A DNA stretch of 64,000 bases. It comes from Candidatus Latescibacterota bacterium. Lineage in GTDB: Bacteria; Latescibacterota; UBA2968; UBA8231. The translations under genes and the position numbers were made by a program. Below the pieces are notes generated by a model, which was given only the letters and a program-made list of their open reading frames with translations, had not been told where the DNA came from and searched no databases. The stretch lies in the NCBI GenBank assembly GCA_965242865.1, contig CBDETK010000013.1, positions 1,408,001 through 1,472,000 of the forward strand, in the 5' to 3' direction. The stretch's first letter is position 1; each line of letters opens with the position of its first letter. Positions 9,859 to 20,241 of the stretch are shown here, piece after piece.

Positions 9859-11313
9859 TTAGCCGCCGAGCTTTTGCAGCAGGCCCCAGCCGCTGACGAC
9901 GGCCGAGGCGATTAGCACCCCAGTCGAGAGCACGGCGCCGCCGAGGACCCAAGCGCGGGTGCGGTACGAGGCGGGTAGCTTGAAATTGAGATAAATGGCT
10001 GCCACCATCATTATGGCAATGGCTAGGTTGGCGATGAGGAAGCCGGCGATCTGGGTCAGGATGTCGAAGGGGATGTTATTCCAGACGATGAGCATGGTCG
10101 CGGCGAAAATGTACAGGCAGATGACGCGCTTGATCGCTTGGTACTCCCAGGTGCGGTCCGGCCAGCGGGCGGCGAGAAATTCTTGGGCCACGCGAGCGTA
10201 GATTTCCGGCAGGGCTTGCAGGGTGCCCCACAGCGCGGCGAGGATGCAGACGTAGTAAATCCACACCAAGCTCGGATGAATCTGACGCCAGACATGGGCT
10301 TGGTGCGTCAGCAGGCTCCAGCCCTCAAAGCGGGTCTCGAGCGGAAAGAGCACGGCCGCCCCGGAAATCATAAAGGCCCCGGTGACGATGAAGAGGACCA
10401 GTGCTCCCAACGCCACGTCCCAGCGCAGCGGCGAGACGCGTTGTCGCAGGCGGCCGACTTGCTGGGGGTCGTCGGGTAGATAGTCAATGGCGTCGCTGCG
10501 AGCGGCGCGGGCGCGGATGGCCTCGATGTCTTGGTGGCCCGTCAGCCCCCACTTGTGTAGGCCGACCCAGTTGGCGTAGGCGATGTAGCCAATGACGGAC
10601 CCACCGACGTAGCCAAACGTGGTGCCCAACGTCAGCAGCGGATGCGCGACCGCGTCCTCGGGCGCCCAGTCCGGGAAGGGCGGCAGGTCGCCAAAGCGGA
10701 AGGTCCCCAACAACGCCGCGCCCAAGTCTGGACGCACAATCAGGGTCCCGACGATGGTGCCCACGACTAGGATGGCGCAGATGAGGAGTTGTTGCTTTTC
10801 GAGGCGTTCAAAGGACAGGCGGATGCCAAAGAGCAGGGCCAAGGCAACAAAGGCCGAGGTGATGGCGTTTTCCCACAAGACCTCTTCCTCGCTGGCCGGC
10901 AGCAGGTCGCGCAGCAGGAAGTGGAACAGGTCGCCGCAGGGCTTGGAGATGGGCACCCACGCGAGGGGCGCGCCGATCATCTCAAAGAGCAAGATGGTCA
11001 ACAGCAGCCACCCGCGCGGCCCGGGCAGGCGCACGAGACGGTGGCCGATCAGCTCGCCGCTAACGGCCGTATAGCGGCCGATCAGATAGGTGAAGAAGAC
11101 GCCCTTGACCAAGCAACTGAGCAAGACCATCCACAACAAGCCATAGCCGGCCCAAGCCCCGGCCCGCACCACGACGATGGTCTCGCCGGCGCCAATGGCG
11201 ACCGAGGCGACGATGGCGGCCGGGCCAAAGACCGCGAGCATCCCCAAGAGCTTTTTCAGCGACCAAGGCTGGGCAAAGACGCCTTCGGCCGCTGGGATTT
11301 CTACTTTGTTCAT
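9859..11313 (-). CDS. Nramp-like transporter
   Basis: FGPAAIVASVAIGAGE...AGAWAGYGLLW...GRYTAVSGE; about 11 TM segments. Confidence 0.75.
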   Translation of the reverse strand: MNKVEIPAAEGVFAQPWSLKKLLGMLAVFGPAAIVASVAIGAGETIVVVRAGAWAGYGLLWMVLLSCLVKGVFFTYLIGRYTAVSGELIGHRLVRLPGPRGWLLLTILLFEMIGAPLAWVPISKPCGDLFHFLLRDLLPASEEEVLWENAITSAFVALALLFGIRLSFERLEKQQLLICAILVVGTIVGTLIVRPDLGAALLGTFRFGDLPPFPDWAPEDAVAHPLLTLGTTFGYVGGSVIGYIAYANWVGLHKWGLTGHQDIEAIRARAARSDAIDYLPDDPQQVGRLRQRVSPLRWDVALGALVLFIVTGAFMISGAAVLFPLETRFEGWSLLTHQAHVWRQIHPSLVWIYYVCILAALWGTLQALPEIYARVAQEFLAARWPDRTWEYQAIKRVICLYIFAATMLIVWNNIPFDILTQIAGFLIANLAIAIMMVAAIYLNFKLPASYRTRAWVLGGAVLSTGVLIASAVVSGWGLLQKLGG

Positions 11314-11437
11314 GCGCGGGGAGGTGCTTTGTAGGAGGGAATACGGCACCGGACGAAAATGCCCGGGCCGCTGATGCGTACGCTCATGGGCAGGCAAGAT
11401 ATAGCGGGCGGATAGGCGACGCAATACCAGCGAGTGC

Positions 11438-12451
11438 TCAATCACCACCCGCGTCGGTGAGGAGGTCGATGACGGCCGCGAGCCGATCCGCGTTTTTGAC
11501 CGTTGAGCGCAACGCAGTCGCCAGCGGCGTCTGGCTCTGGTGGTCTTTGGCGTTGACGTCGGCCCCGCGGTTGAGCAGCAAGGCGACGATGGGCACGAAC
11601 CCGGCCTTGGCCGCGCAGTGCAATGCCGTCTGGCCCTTGTGGTTCCTGGCGTTCACGTCGGCCCCGCGGTCGAGCAGGTCGCGCACGCGCTGGACATTGC
11701 CGCCGCGGTCGCCGCGCGCCTGAAAGACTAGGGGCGGCCAGCCGCCTTCGGCGCGGTTCACATCCACGGCCACGCCGCGGGCGGTCAACAACTCGATGAT
11801 CTCGGCATTGACGATGCCGGAACGAGGGGCCTCGGCATGGGCTGGATCGGCCCCGGCGTCGAGCAAGGCGCTGAGGATGTCGGCGCGATCCCGCCACACG
11901 GCAAAGCGAATTAGCCAGCCGCTGTACGGCCGCGGATCGGCCCCCCGCGCCAACAGCATTGAGACAATGTCGAGGTGCCCGGCGCTGACGGCGTAGTGCA
12001 AAACCGTCGTGCGCCGGTCGGAATCGTGCTGCGCCTTCTCAGCCGTTACCAACCGCGGTTCCCGGTCGAGGTAGCTGGCGACCGCAGCGCCGTCGCCGAG
12101 AAAGGCTGCGGTGTAAATGTCGGGCGCGCCCCCGCGTGCCAACAGCCGGTCGGCGACCGCGTCGTGGTGCTTGTACCGCGCAGCGCAGTAGGGGGAGATT
12201 TCGACGAGCAGGGGCGTGAAGTGGCAGCCGCAGGCGTGGATGTCCGCGCCGCGGTCGAGCAGGTAATCAACCATGGCCAGCCGTCCCCGGTACGCGGCTT
12301 CCCACAGCATGGTGCGGCCGTGCGAGCCGACGCGACGGATCCACGCGGGCTGCTCGGCCAAGGCGGCTCGGACCGTTTGGAGATCGCCGCGCCCGGCGGC
12401 TGCCACCGCGATCTTGAGAAAATCACTCACTTTTCCCGGTAGAATCGACAT
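11438..12451 (-). CDS. Ankyrin-repeat protein
   Basis: GRTMLWEAA, TTVLHYAV, GADVNARNHKGQTALHCAA, GADVNAKD..QTPL; GAGGAG RBS before the ATG at 12451. Confidence 0.9.
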   Translation of the reverse strand: MSILPGKVSDFLKIAVAAAGRGDLQTVRAALAEQPAWIRRVGSHGRTMLWEAAYRGRLAMVDYLLDRGADIHACGCHFTPLLVEISPYCAARYKHHDAVADRLLARGGAPDIYTAAFLGDGAAVASYLDREPRLVTAEKAQHDSDRRTTVLHYAVSAGHLDIVSMLLARGADPRPYSGWLIRFAVWRDRADILSALLDAGADPAHAEAPRSGIVNAEIIELLTARGVAVDVNRAEGGWPPLVFQARGDRGGNVQRVRDLLDRGADVNARNHKGQTALHCAAKAGFVPIVALLLNRGADVNAKDHQSQTPLATALRSTVKNADRLAAVIDLLTDAGGD

Positions 12452-12465
12452 GGCTGCATTCCTCC

Positions 12466-15400
12466 TCATTTGATAAGGATCATCTTGCGCACATGGGCGA
12501 CCGGCCCAGCTTGCAAGCGGTACAAATACACGCCGCTGGCGACTTGTGCGCCGTGCTGGTCGCGGCCATCCCAGTGGGCGGCATTAGCACTGGTCAAGTA
12601 CGGACCGGCCGCCCGATAGCCCAAGTCGATTTCTCGGATCAAGGCTCCCCGGACATCGTAGATGCTCAGGCGAACCGGAGCGGGCGCGTGTAGTTGAAAG
12701 GGCAGCCAAGTCTCTGGGTTGAAGGGATTGGGGTAGTTGGCCAGTAGTGCGGTTTGCATCGGTAGTGGGGGCGAAGCCTGAATCGCCTTTGGCGCAGGAT
12801 TGAGGAGTGTGACGTAGGGCAACATATCCCATAGCAGGGTCGTGCCGTCCCGACTCCGACTCGCCAATCTGCTCCCATCCGGCGAAAACGCCACCAGATT
12901 GACGCTTTCCGTATGCCCCTCCAGCGTCGCTTTGAGTTGGCCGCTGCCTACGTCCCACAACCGGATCGTCTCGTCGTCGCTGCCGCTGGCGAGGGTGTTG
13001 CCATCCGGCGAAAACGCCACCGAACGGACATCCTCCCTGTGCCCGTATAAAGTGTGCAGGAGTTGGCCGCGGTCCACAGCCCACAACCGGATATCATCGT
13101 TGCGGTCGCCGCTGGCCAGCGTACTTCCGTCTGGCGAAAACGCCACGGAAATGACCCCCCAGCTTGGCGTCCCCTCCAGCGTCGCTTTGAGTTGGCCGCT
13201 GTCGGTGTCCCACAGACGGGTCATGCCGTCCTCATTTCCGCTGGCCAATATACTCCCATCGGGTGAGAATGCCATCGCCATCGCATGCCCACTGGTTAGG
13301 AGGACGGCTTTGAGTTGGCCGCTGTTGGCGTCCCACAGCCGGATCGTCCCATCCCAACTCCGGCTGGCCAAGATGTGGTCCGTGGGGGAAAACGCGACCC
13401 CATTGATCCAGTCCGCATGCCCGGCCAAAGTGGCCAGCAGTCGGCCGCTAGCTGTATCCCACAAGCGGATTGTTTTGTCGCGGCTTCCACTGGCCAACAT
13501 ACTGCCATCGGCGGAAAACGCCAGCGCATCGACCCAGTTCCCATGTCCTACCAAAGTGGCTAGCAAATTGATCTCGTCCGCATGTCCTGCTAGGGTGGCT
13601 AGTAGTCGGCCGCTGCCTGTATCCCACAAGCGGACCGCGTTGTCATAACTTCCACTGGCTAACATCCTTCCATCAGGGGAAAACGCCAGCGCATTGACCC
13701 AATCCGCATGCCCTGCCAAGGTGGCTAGTAGTCGGCCGCTGCCTGTATCCCACAGGCGGACCGCGTTGCCATAACTTCCACTGGCCAGCAGGCTCCCACT
13801 AAGAAAAAAAGTCACCGGATGAACGGAACTCCTGTGCCCATCTAGGATGCCTTGGGATTCGCCGCTGATTGTATCCCACAGCCGGATCGTGCCATCCTGA
13901 CTGCTGCTGGCGAGGGTTGTGCCATCCGGCGAAAACACCACCGAATAGACAGCGGAATAAATAGAACTTCTGTGCCCTGTGAGGGTGGCTTGGGGTTGGC
14001 CGGTATCCACGTTCCACAGCCGGATCGTGCCGGTCACACTGCCGCTGGCGAGGGTTGTGCCATCCGGCGAAAATGCTACGGAATAGACCCAACCTCCCTG
14101 TACCCTACGATTGACTTGGGATACACCGTCCCTGCTTACATAAGTTATCACGGTGTCCAATCGGCTCGTATGACCCGCTAGGGTGGCCTTTTCCAGCCCG
14201 CTGATTGTATCCCACAGGCGGATCGTGCCGTCCTGACCGCCGCTGACGAGGGTGTTGCCATCCGGCGAAAACACCACCGAATAGACATCCTCTATATGGC
14301 CGTGCAGAGTGGCCTCGGGTTCGCCGGTATTCGCGTTCCACAGGCGGATCGTGCTGTCCTCACTGCCGCTGGCAAGGGTCTTTCCATCCGGCGAAAACGC
14401 CACTGAATGGACCCAATATCGATGCCCGCTAAGGACCGCCTTGTATTGGCCGCTGGCCACGTCCCACAGCCAGACCGCACTTCCACTAGCACTGGCGAGG
14501 GTGTTGCCAGCCGGTGAAAACGCCACCGCACTGACCGCCCCGGTATGTCCTTTGAGAATCGCCTTGAGGTGGCCGTTGGCCGGATCCCAAAGCCGAATCA
14601 TCCGGTCAGAACTCCCACTAGCCAGCATGTTGCCATCCGACGAAAACGCCACGGTCGTTACGGGAGCTGTATGCCCCGTCAGCAGCGCGACTTCGGCGCC
14701 GGTAAGCGCATTGTAAAGCCAGATGCCGATACTGCTGGCCACTGCGAGTTGAGAGCCGTCGGGCGAATACGCGAGCTCGGATATACTCCCTTTACCGAGG
14801 CGTACTTGGGCTCCATCGGGCAACCCCCAGCGGGTATAGTCTCGGTCCATGCTGTCGGGTACAACCGCAGACATATCCCACAGCATAACCGTACAATCTT
14901 GGCTTCCATTGGCCAGCGTCTGACTATCTGGAGAAAATGCGAGGGAAGTAACGGCCCCCCCAAAGTCTCCGAGCGTAGCTTGGTGCCGGGCGAGGGCCAC
15001 ATCCCACAGCCGGATCGTCTGGTCAGAACTCCCGCTGGCTAGCGTGGCCCCATCCGGCGAAAATGCCACAGCGTGAACCCCGCTCTCATGCCCCTCGAGG
15101 ATTACCTGCGATTGGGCACGAACCGCATCCCACAACCGAATTGTCTCATCAAGGCTCCCACTGGCGAGGGTGCTGCCGTCGGGGGAAAAGGCCACGGAAT
15201 AGACATAACTTGTATGCCCTTCCAGCGTCGCTTTGAGTTGGCCGCTGTCGGCGTCCCACAGCCGGATCGTCTTGTCGCTGCTGCCGCTGGCCAGCACACT
15301 GCCATCAGGGGAAAGAGCTACGGAATAAACGGGACGGGTATGGCCTTCTAGCGTGGCCTTTAGCTGGCCGCTGCCGACCTCCCACAACCGAACTGTGCGG

Positions 15401-15861
15401 TCCTCACTGCCGCTGGCGAGGGTTGTTCCATCCGGCGAAAACGCCACCGAACGGACGGGACGGGTATGGCCTTCTAGCGTGGCCTTTAACTGTCCGCTGG
15501 CCACCTCCCACAAGCGGATTGTGCGGTCATCGCTGCCGCTGGCGAGGGTGTTGCTGTCCGGCGAAAACGCCACCGAACGAATCGAACCCCAATGTCCCTT
15601 TAGGGTCGCTTTGAGTTGGCCGGTGCGTGCGTTCCACAAGCGGATCTCGTTGTCGTCGCTGCCGCTGGCGAGGGTTTCTCCATCCGGCGAAAACGCCACC
15701 GAAACGACCCAATCCCTGTGTCCGGCGAGGGTCGCCCGGGGGTGGCCTCTGTTGGCCTCTTGCAACCGCGTCCGGTCCCCAATCCCGCCAGCCAGCGTGC
15801 CCCCATCCGGCGAAAACGCCACGGACAAAAGGATGATGTTCAACAGTAGGGTCTTTTTCAT
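12466..15861 (-). CDS. WD40-repeat protein with C-terminal FlgD-like/T9SS-type sorting domain
   Basis: About 20 or more GH...VAFSPDG..LASGS.D.TIRLWD repeats; tail LLANYPNPFNPETWLPF...WDGRD...ASGVY...RKMILIK. Confidence 0.9.
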   Translation of the reverse strand: MKKTLLLNIILLSVAFSPDGGTLAGGIGDRTRLQEANRGHPRATLAGHRDWVVSVAFSPDGETLASGSDDNEIRLWNARTGQLKATLKGHWGSIRSVAFSPDSNTLASGSDDRTIRLWEVASGQLKATLEGHTRPVRSVAFSPDGTTLASGSEDRTVRLWEVGSGQLKATLEGHTRPVYSVALSPDGSVLASGSSDKTIRLWDADSGQLKATLEGHTSYVYSVAFSPDGSTLASGSLDETIRLWDAVRAQSQVILEGHESGVHAVAFSPDGATLASGSSDQTIRLWDVALARHQATLGDFGGAVTSLAFSPDSQTLANGSQDCTVMLWDMSAVVPDSMDRDYTRWGLPDGAQVRLGKGSISELAYSPDGSQLAVASSIGIWLYNALTGAEVALLTGHTAPVTTVAFSSDGNMLASGSSDRMIRLWDPANGHLKAILKGHTGAVSAVAFSPAGNTLASASGSAVWLWDVASGQYKAVLSGHRYWVHSVAFSPDGKTLASGSEDSTIRLWNANTGEPEATLHGHIEDVYSVVFSPDGNTLVSGGQDGTIRLWDTISGLEKATLAGHTSRLDTVITYVSRDGVSQVNRRVQGGWVYSVAFSPDGTTLASGSVTGTIRLWNVDTGQPQATLTGHRSSIYSAVYSVVFSPDGTTLASSSQDGTIRLWDTISGESQGILDGHRSSVHPVTFFLSGSLLASGSYGNAVRLWDTGSGRLLATLAGHADWVNALAFSPDGRMLASGSYDNAVRLWDTGSGRLLATLAGHADEINLLATLVGHGNWVDALAFSADGSMLASGSRDKTIRLWDTASGRLLATLAGHADWINGVAFSPTDHILASRSWDGTIRLWDANSGQLKAVLLTSGHAMAMAFSPDGSILASGNEDGMTRLWDTDSGQLKATLEGTPSWGVISVAFSPDGSTLASGDRNDDIRLWAVDRGQLLHTLYGHREDVRSVAFSPDGNTLASGSDDETIRLWDVGSGQLKATLEGHTESVNLVAFSPDGSRLASRSRDGTTLLWDMLPYVTLLNPAPKAIQASPPLPMQTALLANYPNPFNPETWLPFQLHAPAPVRLSIYDVRGALIREIDLGYRAAGPYLTSANAAHWDGRDQHGAQVASGVYLYRLQAGPVAHVRKMILIK

Positions 15862-15911
15862 CTGCTTCACGCTCCGGTTATCCGCTGGTCCACCCATTCC
15901 CGCCGGCAGCC

Positions 15912-18900
15912 TTATTTCAACAAGAGCATCTTGCGCACGTGGGCAACCGGCCCGGCCTGTAAGCGAGACAAGTACACGCCGCTGGCGACTCGCTCGCCGT
16001 GCTGGTCGCGGCCATCCCAATAGGCAGCGTTGGTGCTAGTCAGGTACTGACCGGCCGTGCGATAGCCCAAGTCGATTTCTCGGACCAGTGCCCCCCGGGC
16101 ATCGTAGATGATCAGGCGGACCGGAGCGGGCGCGTGTAGTTGAAAGGGCAGCCAAGTCTCTGGGTTGAAGGGATTGGGGTAATTGGCCAACAGCGCGGTC
16201 TGGGTCGTCAGCGCAGGTTGGGGGACGTCTAAGGCGATGCCCCGCACAAAGCGCAAATTTTCGAGGAGGATTTCGGCATTCGAGCCATTGAGGTCGGCCC
16301 GGTGAATGCCGTTCTCGTCCGTCCAGTACATCTTGCCCTCGGTTTCGTCCACGGCGAGGTCCCTCAGTGACTCCGGTCCGGTGAAGAGGTCTTCGCTGTT
16401 CGAGCCATCGAGGTTCGCCCGGCGAATGGTGCGGTCGAGGGAGCGGTCCCTTCCGTCCGTCCAGTAGATTTTGCCCCTAGTCAAGTCGAGGGCAAGGTGG
16501 GATGGCCCCGATAAGTCCGCGAGGATCTCTTCGACGTTGGTCCCGTTGAGGTCGGCCCGGTAGATTGAGCCGGTACTCTCTAGCCAATAGAGCTGGCCCC
16601 CGGCCGCATCAAGGGCGAGGCCCCTTATAGTCGCCAACCCCGCGAGGATCGTCTCGACGTTGTCCCCGTTGAGGTCGGCCCGCTGGATACTCCCGTTCCC
16701 GTCGTAGTTCCAGTTCGTCCAATATACTTTTTCGGCGACCGCGTCCAAGGCGATGCGATTTGATGGCTCACCAGTAAAGAGCGTTTCGACATTCGAGCCA
16801 TCGAGATTGGCCCGACGGATTTTGCCCCGCCTCTCCTCCAGTTCCCAGTCGGCCCAGTACATCTTTCCGCCGGTCGCGTCAATGGCGATATCTTCTATTG
16901 AATCTCGTCCAGGGGCGACGAGTTCTTCGAGGTTGGTTCCGTCGAGGTTGGCGCGGCGGATGGCTATTCCTTCCGCCCAGTACATCGTGCGACCAGCGAC
17001 ATCGAGGGCGATTGCCCATGGCTCTTGGACCCCTCCGCGGAGATATTCGCTATTGGCCCCGTTGAGGTCGGCCCGCCGGATGGCATTCCTCTCGTAAGCG
17101 TAGAACGTGCCGGACTCCGTCCAGTAGATTTTGCCGCCAGCTATGTCAAGGGCGATGCCGCTTGGATATACCAGATCGGCGAGGAGGATTTCGCTGTTGC
17201 TGCCGTCGAGATTGGCCCGGCGGACGGTATTTTCCTCAAAGTCGGTCCAGTACACCTGGTCGTTGATTAGGTCGAGGGCGACGCCGTAAGGCCACGGCAG
17301 ATCGGCGAGGAGGGTTTCGACGTTGCTGCCGTCGAGATTGGCGCGGCGAATTCGTCCGGTCGCCCCGGCCCCTTCGGTCCAGTACATCTTGCCCCGAGGC
17401 AGGTCTAGCGCGATTCCCCTAGAGGCCGTTGTCGCCACGAGGGTTTCGCGGTTGGTGCCGTCGAGGTTGGCGCGGCGAATTCTCCCCTTTCCGGGCTCCC
17501 ATTCGGTCCAGTACATCTGGCCCCCGCCAACATCAAGGGCGATGCCACTCGGAAGCCTCCATGTTGCAAGGACGAGATCCTCGCTGTTGGTGCCGTCGAG
17601 GTTGGCGCGGCGGATCTTGCCAACTCCCTCGGTCCAATCCCATTCCGTCCAGTACATCTTGTCTGCAACGACATCGAGGGCAATGTCGATGGGAATATCC
17701 ACCTTCCCCGAGAGGAGGATTTCGCTGTTGGTTCCGTTGAGGTCGGCCCGGCGAATGATGGCCTCTTCGGTCCAGTAGAGCTTGCCGCCGGTCGCGTCGA
17801 GGGCGAGTTCTACGGAACCGGGAGCGAAGAGGTAATCGTCTTCAAAGACATCGCGGAGGTTGGGGAAGAGCTCTTTGACTTGGGAACCATCGAGGTTGGC
17901 GCGCCAGATCGCGCTCGTGTACGTATCCTCATCCCATATCGTCCAGTACATCTTGCCCTCGGCCACGTTGAGAGCAAGGTCCCTGGCTCCTGTGGTGAGA
18001 AGGGTTTCTCGGTTGGTTCCGTTGAGGTCGGCCCGGTGGATACCGTATCCCGCCCAGTAGAGCTTGCCGCCAAGCCCATCGAGGGCCAGGGCGACCGCAG
18101 GAGAGACTTCGCCTTCGACCGCGGCGATGACGACTTCGACGTCCGTGCCGTCGAGGTTGGCGCGGCGGATATCTCCTTTCCCCGAATAATATCGTCCCTC
18201 TATCCAGTACATTTTACCGCCGGCCACGTCGAGGACAATGTCGCTCGGAGGCCGGTCTGGCGCGAGGAGGATTTCGACATTGGAGCCGTTGAGGTTGGCG
18301 CGGCGGATCTTGTCCCTTTCAGTCCAATACATCTTGTCCCCAGAGGGGTCCAACGCGAGACCTCCCGGTCTGACTATGCCGGCGAGCAGGACTTCGACAT
18401 TGGAGCCATTGAGGTTGGCGCGGCGGATGGTATCGGTATCTCGCTCCGTCCAGTATATCCGGCCCCCGGCTCGGTCCAAGGCAATATTTTCCGGTCCCGC
18501 TGCTTCCGTGAGCAGGATTTCGGCATTCGCGCCATCCAAATCGGCGCGCTGGATGGTGGCTGCCCAGCTCGTCCAATACATTCGGCCTCCGGCCGCATCG
18601 AGGGCGATGTTGATCGGATCCTCTACTTCCGCGAGGACTGCAACATCCGTGCCGTCGAGATTGGCGCACAGGATCCTGCCTGTCTCCGAGCCCCACTGGG
18701 TCCAGTAGATCTTGTCGCTCGCCCCGTTTAGGGCGATGTCGTTGGGATACTCCAGCCCGGTGACGAGGACCTCGACGTTGGTGCCGTCGAGATTGGCCCG
18801 CCGGATGATGTTCGGGTAGTATTCATCTCCGTCCGTCCAGTATATTTTTCCGTCGGTCGCGTCGAGGGCGATGTCGTTGGAATTCGCCAATTCATTGAGG

Positions 18901-19484
18901 AAGATTTCGCTGTTAGAACCGTCGAGATTGGCCCGCCGGATCGATCCGTTACCCAAGTCCCGGTCGTACTCGGTCCAGTATATTTTTCCGTTGGCCGCGT
19001 CGAGGGCAATGTCGTTGGGATTCTTCAGCCCGGTGACGAGGACCTCGACGTTGGTGCCGTCCAAGTTGATCCTGTTAATGGTGCCCGACGCTTCGTAGTC
19101 GTACTCTATCCAGTATATTTTTCCGTTGGTCTCGTCGAGGGCAATGTCGTTGGGGTTATTTGTTACAAAGAGGACTTCAGGGTTGGAGCCGTCGAGATTG
19201 GCCCGCTGGATTGATCCTTTACGCAATTCCCCTCCATACTCGGTCCAGTATATTTTTCCGTCGGCCCTGTCGAGGGCAATGTCGTATGGAGCCCTCAATC
19301 TGGCCCGGACGAGGTCTTCGACGTTGGAGCCATTCAGGTTGGCGCGGTGAATGCTCTCCCGCTCCGTCCAGTATATTTTTCCCTCCTCAACGGGCGGCTC
19401 AAGCCTCATGCCTTGGACGCTGGTGGCCAACCACCCCGCTGCGAATACGGACGCAATGACGCGACCAATTTGGGGACTCATCAT
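15912..19484 (-). CDS. Secreted LDL-receptor class B (YWTD) repeat protein with FlgD-like sorting tail
   Basis: 24 counted IALD...GK(I/M/L)YW(T)...IRRANLDG repeats; signal peptide; NYPNPFN tail. Confidence 0.9.
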   Translation of the reverse strand: MMSPQIGRVIASVFAAGWLATSVQGMRLEPPVEEGKIYWTERESIHRANLNGSNVEDLVRARLRAPYDIALDRADGKIYWTEYGGELRKGSIQRANLDGSNPEVLFVTNNPNDIALDETNGKIYWIEYDYEASGTINRINLDGTNVEVLVTGLKNPNDIALDAANGKIYWTEYDRDLGNGSIRRANLDGSNSEIFLNELANSNDIALDATDGKIYWTDGDEYYPNIIRRANLDGTNVEVLVTGLEYPNDIALNGASDKIYWTQWGSETGRILCANLDGTDVAVLAEVEDPINIALDAAGGRMYWTSWAATIQRADLDGANAEILLTEAAGPENIALDRAGGRIYWTERDTDTIRRANLNGSNVEVLLAGIVRPGGLALDPSGDKMYWTERDKIRRANLNGSNVEILLAPDRPPSDIVLDVAGGKMYWIEGRYYSGKGDIRRANLDGTDVEVVIAAVEGEVSPAVALALDGLGGKLYWAGYGIHRADLNGTNRETLLTTGARDLALNVAEGKMYWTIWDEDTYTSAIWRANLDGSQVKELFPNLRDVFEDDYLFAPGSVELALDATGGKLYWTEEAIIRRADLNGTNSEILLSGKVDIPIDIALDVVADKMYWTEWDWTEGVGKIRRANLDGTNSEDLVLATWRLPSGIALDVGGGQMYWTEWEPGKGRIRRANLDGTNRETLVATTASRGIALDLPRGKMYWTEGAGATGRIRRANLDGSNVETLLADLPWPYGVALDLINDQVYWTDFEENTVRRANLDGSNSEILLADLVYPSGIALDIAGGKIYWTESGTFYAYERNAIRRADLNGANSEYLRGGVQEPWAIALDVAGRTMYWAEGIAIRRANLDGTNLEELVAPGRDSIEDIAIDATGGKMYWADWELEERRGKIRRANLDGSNVETLFTGEPSNRIALDAVAEKVYWTNWNYDGNGSIQRADLNGDNVETILAGLATIRGLALDAAGGQLYWLESTGSIYRADLNGTNVEEILADLSGPSHLALDLTRGKIYWTDGRDRSLDRTIRRANLDGSNSEDLFTGPESLRDLAVDETEGKMYWTDENGIHRADLNGSNAEILLENLRFVRGIALDVPQPALTTQTALLANYPNPFNPETWLPFQLHAPAPVRLIIYDARGALVREIDLGYRTAGQYLTSTNAAYWDGRDQHGERVASGVYLSRLQAGPVAHVRKMLLLK

Positions 19485-19616
19485 CGGATAACTCCTATCA
19501 TTAAGGGGGTTTTGACGATCCGCCCACTTAGCCGCCCATCTGCGCGATCCTGCGCGCCATAGTCGATTAGTGCAGGATATCGGAGCATGGTCTCTCTTGT
19601 TTTCTCGGCCGCTTAT

Positions 19617-20198
19617 TCATCTAACGATGCGGCGGAAGGTCAGGTTGAGGCGCGGGGCGCACGGGCGTCGAGTCTTGGGGACTTGGTGCTGCCAATGGGT
19701 TTGGGTGGGGCCGCGCATGATGAGGAGCGCACCGCGTCCGAGGGGGATTTCGACCGGGGGGTGGTCGCGGTGCTTGTGCCGCATCAGGAAACGCCGCGTC
19801 TCGCCCAAGCTCAGCGAGGCGATCGTCGGGTCGGCACCCAGCTCGGGCTCGTCGTCGCTGTGCCAGCCCATGCTGTCGCGGCCGTCGCGGTACTGGTTGA
19901 GCAAGACGCTGTTGAAGGGGCTGTCGGCCGCGGCTTCGACCCGCGTCTTGAGTGCCCGCAGCGGCGCGGTCCACGGGCGCGGCTCCAGCGCCAGCCCCGA
20001 ATAGGCGTAGCGCGCCTCTGCGGACCCATGCCACGCCGAAAGCCGCGGCGCGGGAAGCCGGCGGCCAAAGACGACGACATGGTGCTGCTGCCACTCAATG
20101 CCGTCCAACAGGTGCCGCATGAATTGGTCGGCCTCGGCTGGGGCCAAAAAGCCGGAGGCGTAGCGCAGGTCGCCGTCAGGGAGGGGAATGGCCTTCAT
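19617..20198 (-). CDS. AlkB-family 2OG-Fe(II) dioxygenase (ALKBH2/3-like)
   Basis: FNSVLLNQYRDGRDSMGWHSDDE, HQVPK, RLNLTFR. Confidence 0.9.
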   Translation of the reverse strand: MKAIPLPDGDLRYASGFLAPAEADQFMRHLLDGIEWQQHHVVVFGRRLPAPRLSAWHGSAEARYAYSGLALEPRPWTAPLRALKTRVEAAADSPFNSVLLNQYRDGRDSMGWHSDDEPELGADPTIASLSLGETRRFLMRHKHRDHPPVEIPLGRGALLIMRGPTQTHWQHQVPKTRRPCAPRLNLTFRRIVR

Positions 20199-20241
20199 GC
20201 CACTGCGCGGTTGTCGCCATAGCGTTTGATCCTTCGGTGCG

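Noticed and set aside
11314-11437. Metal-sensing riboswitch upstream of the Nramp-like gene
   Set aside because: No recognisable yybP-ykoY or M-box consensus by eye.
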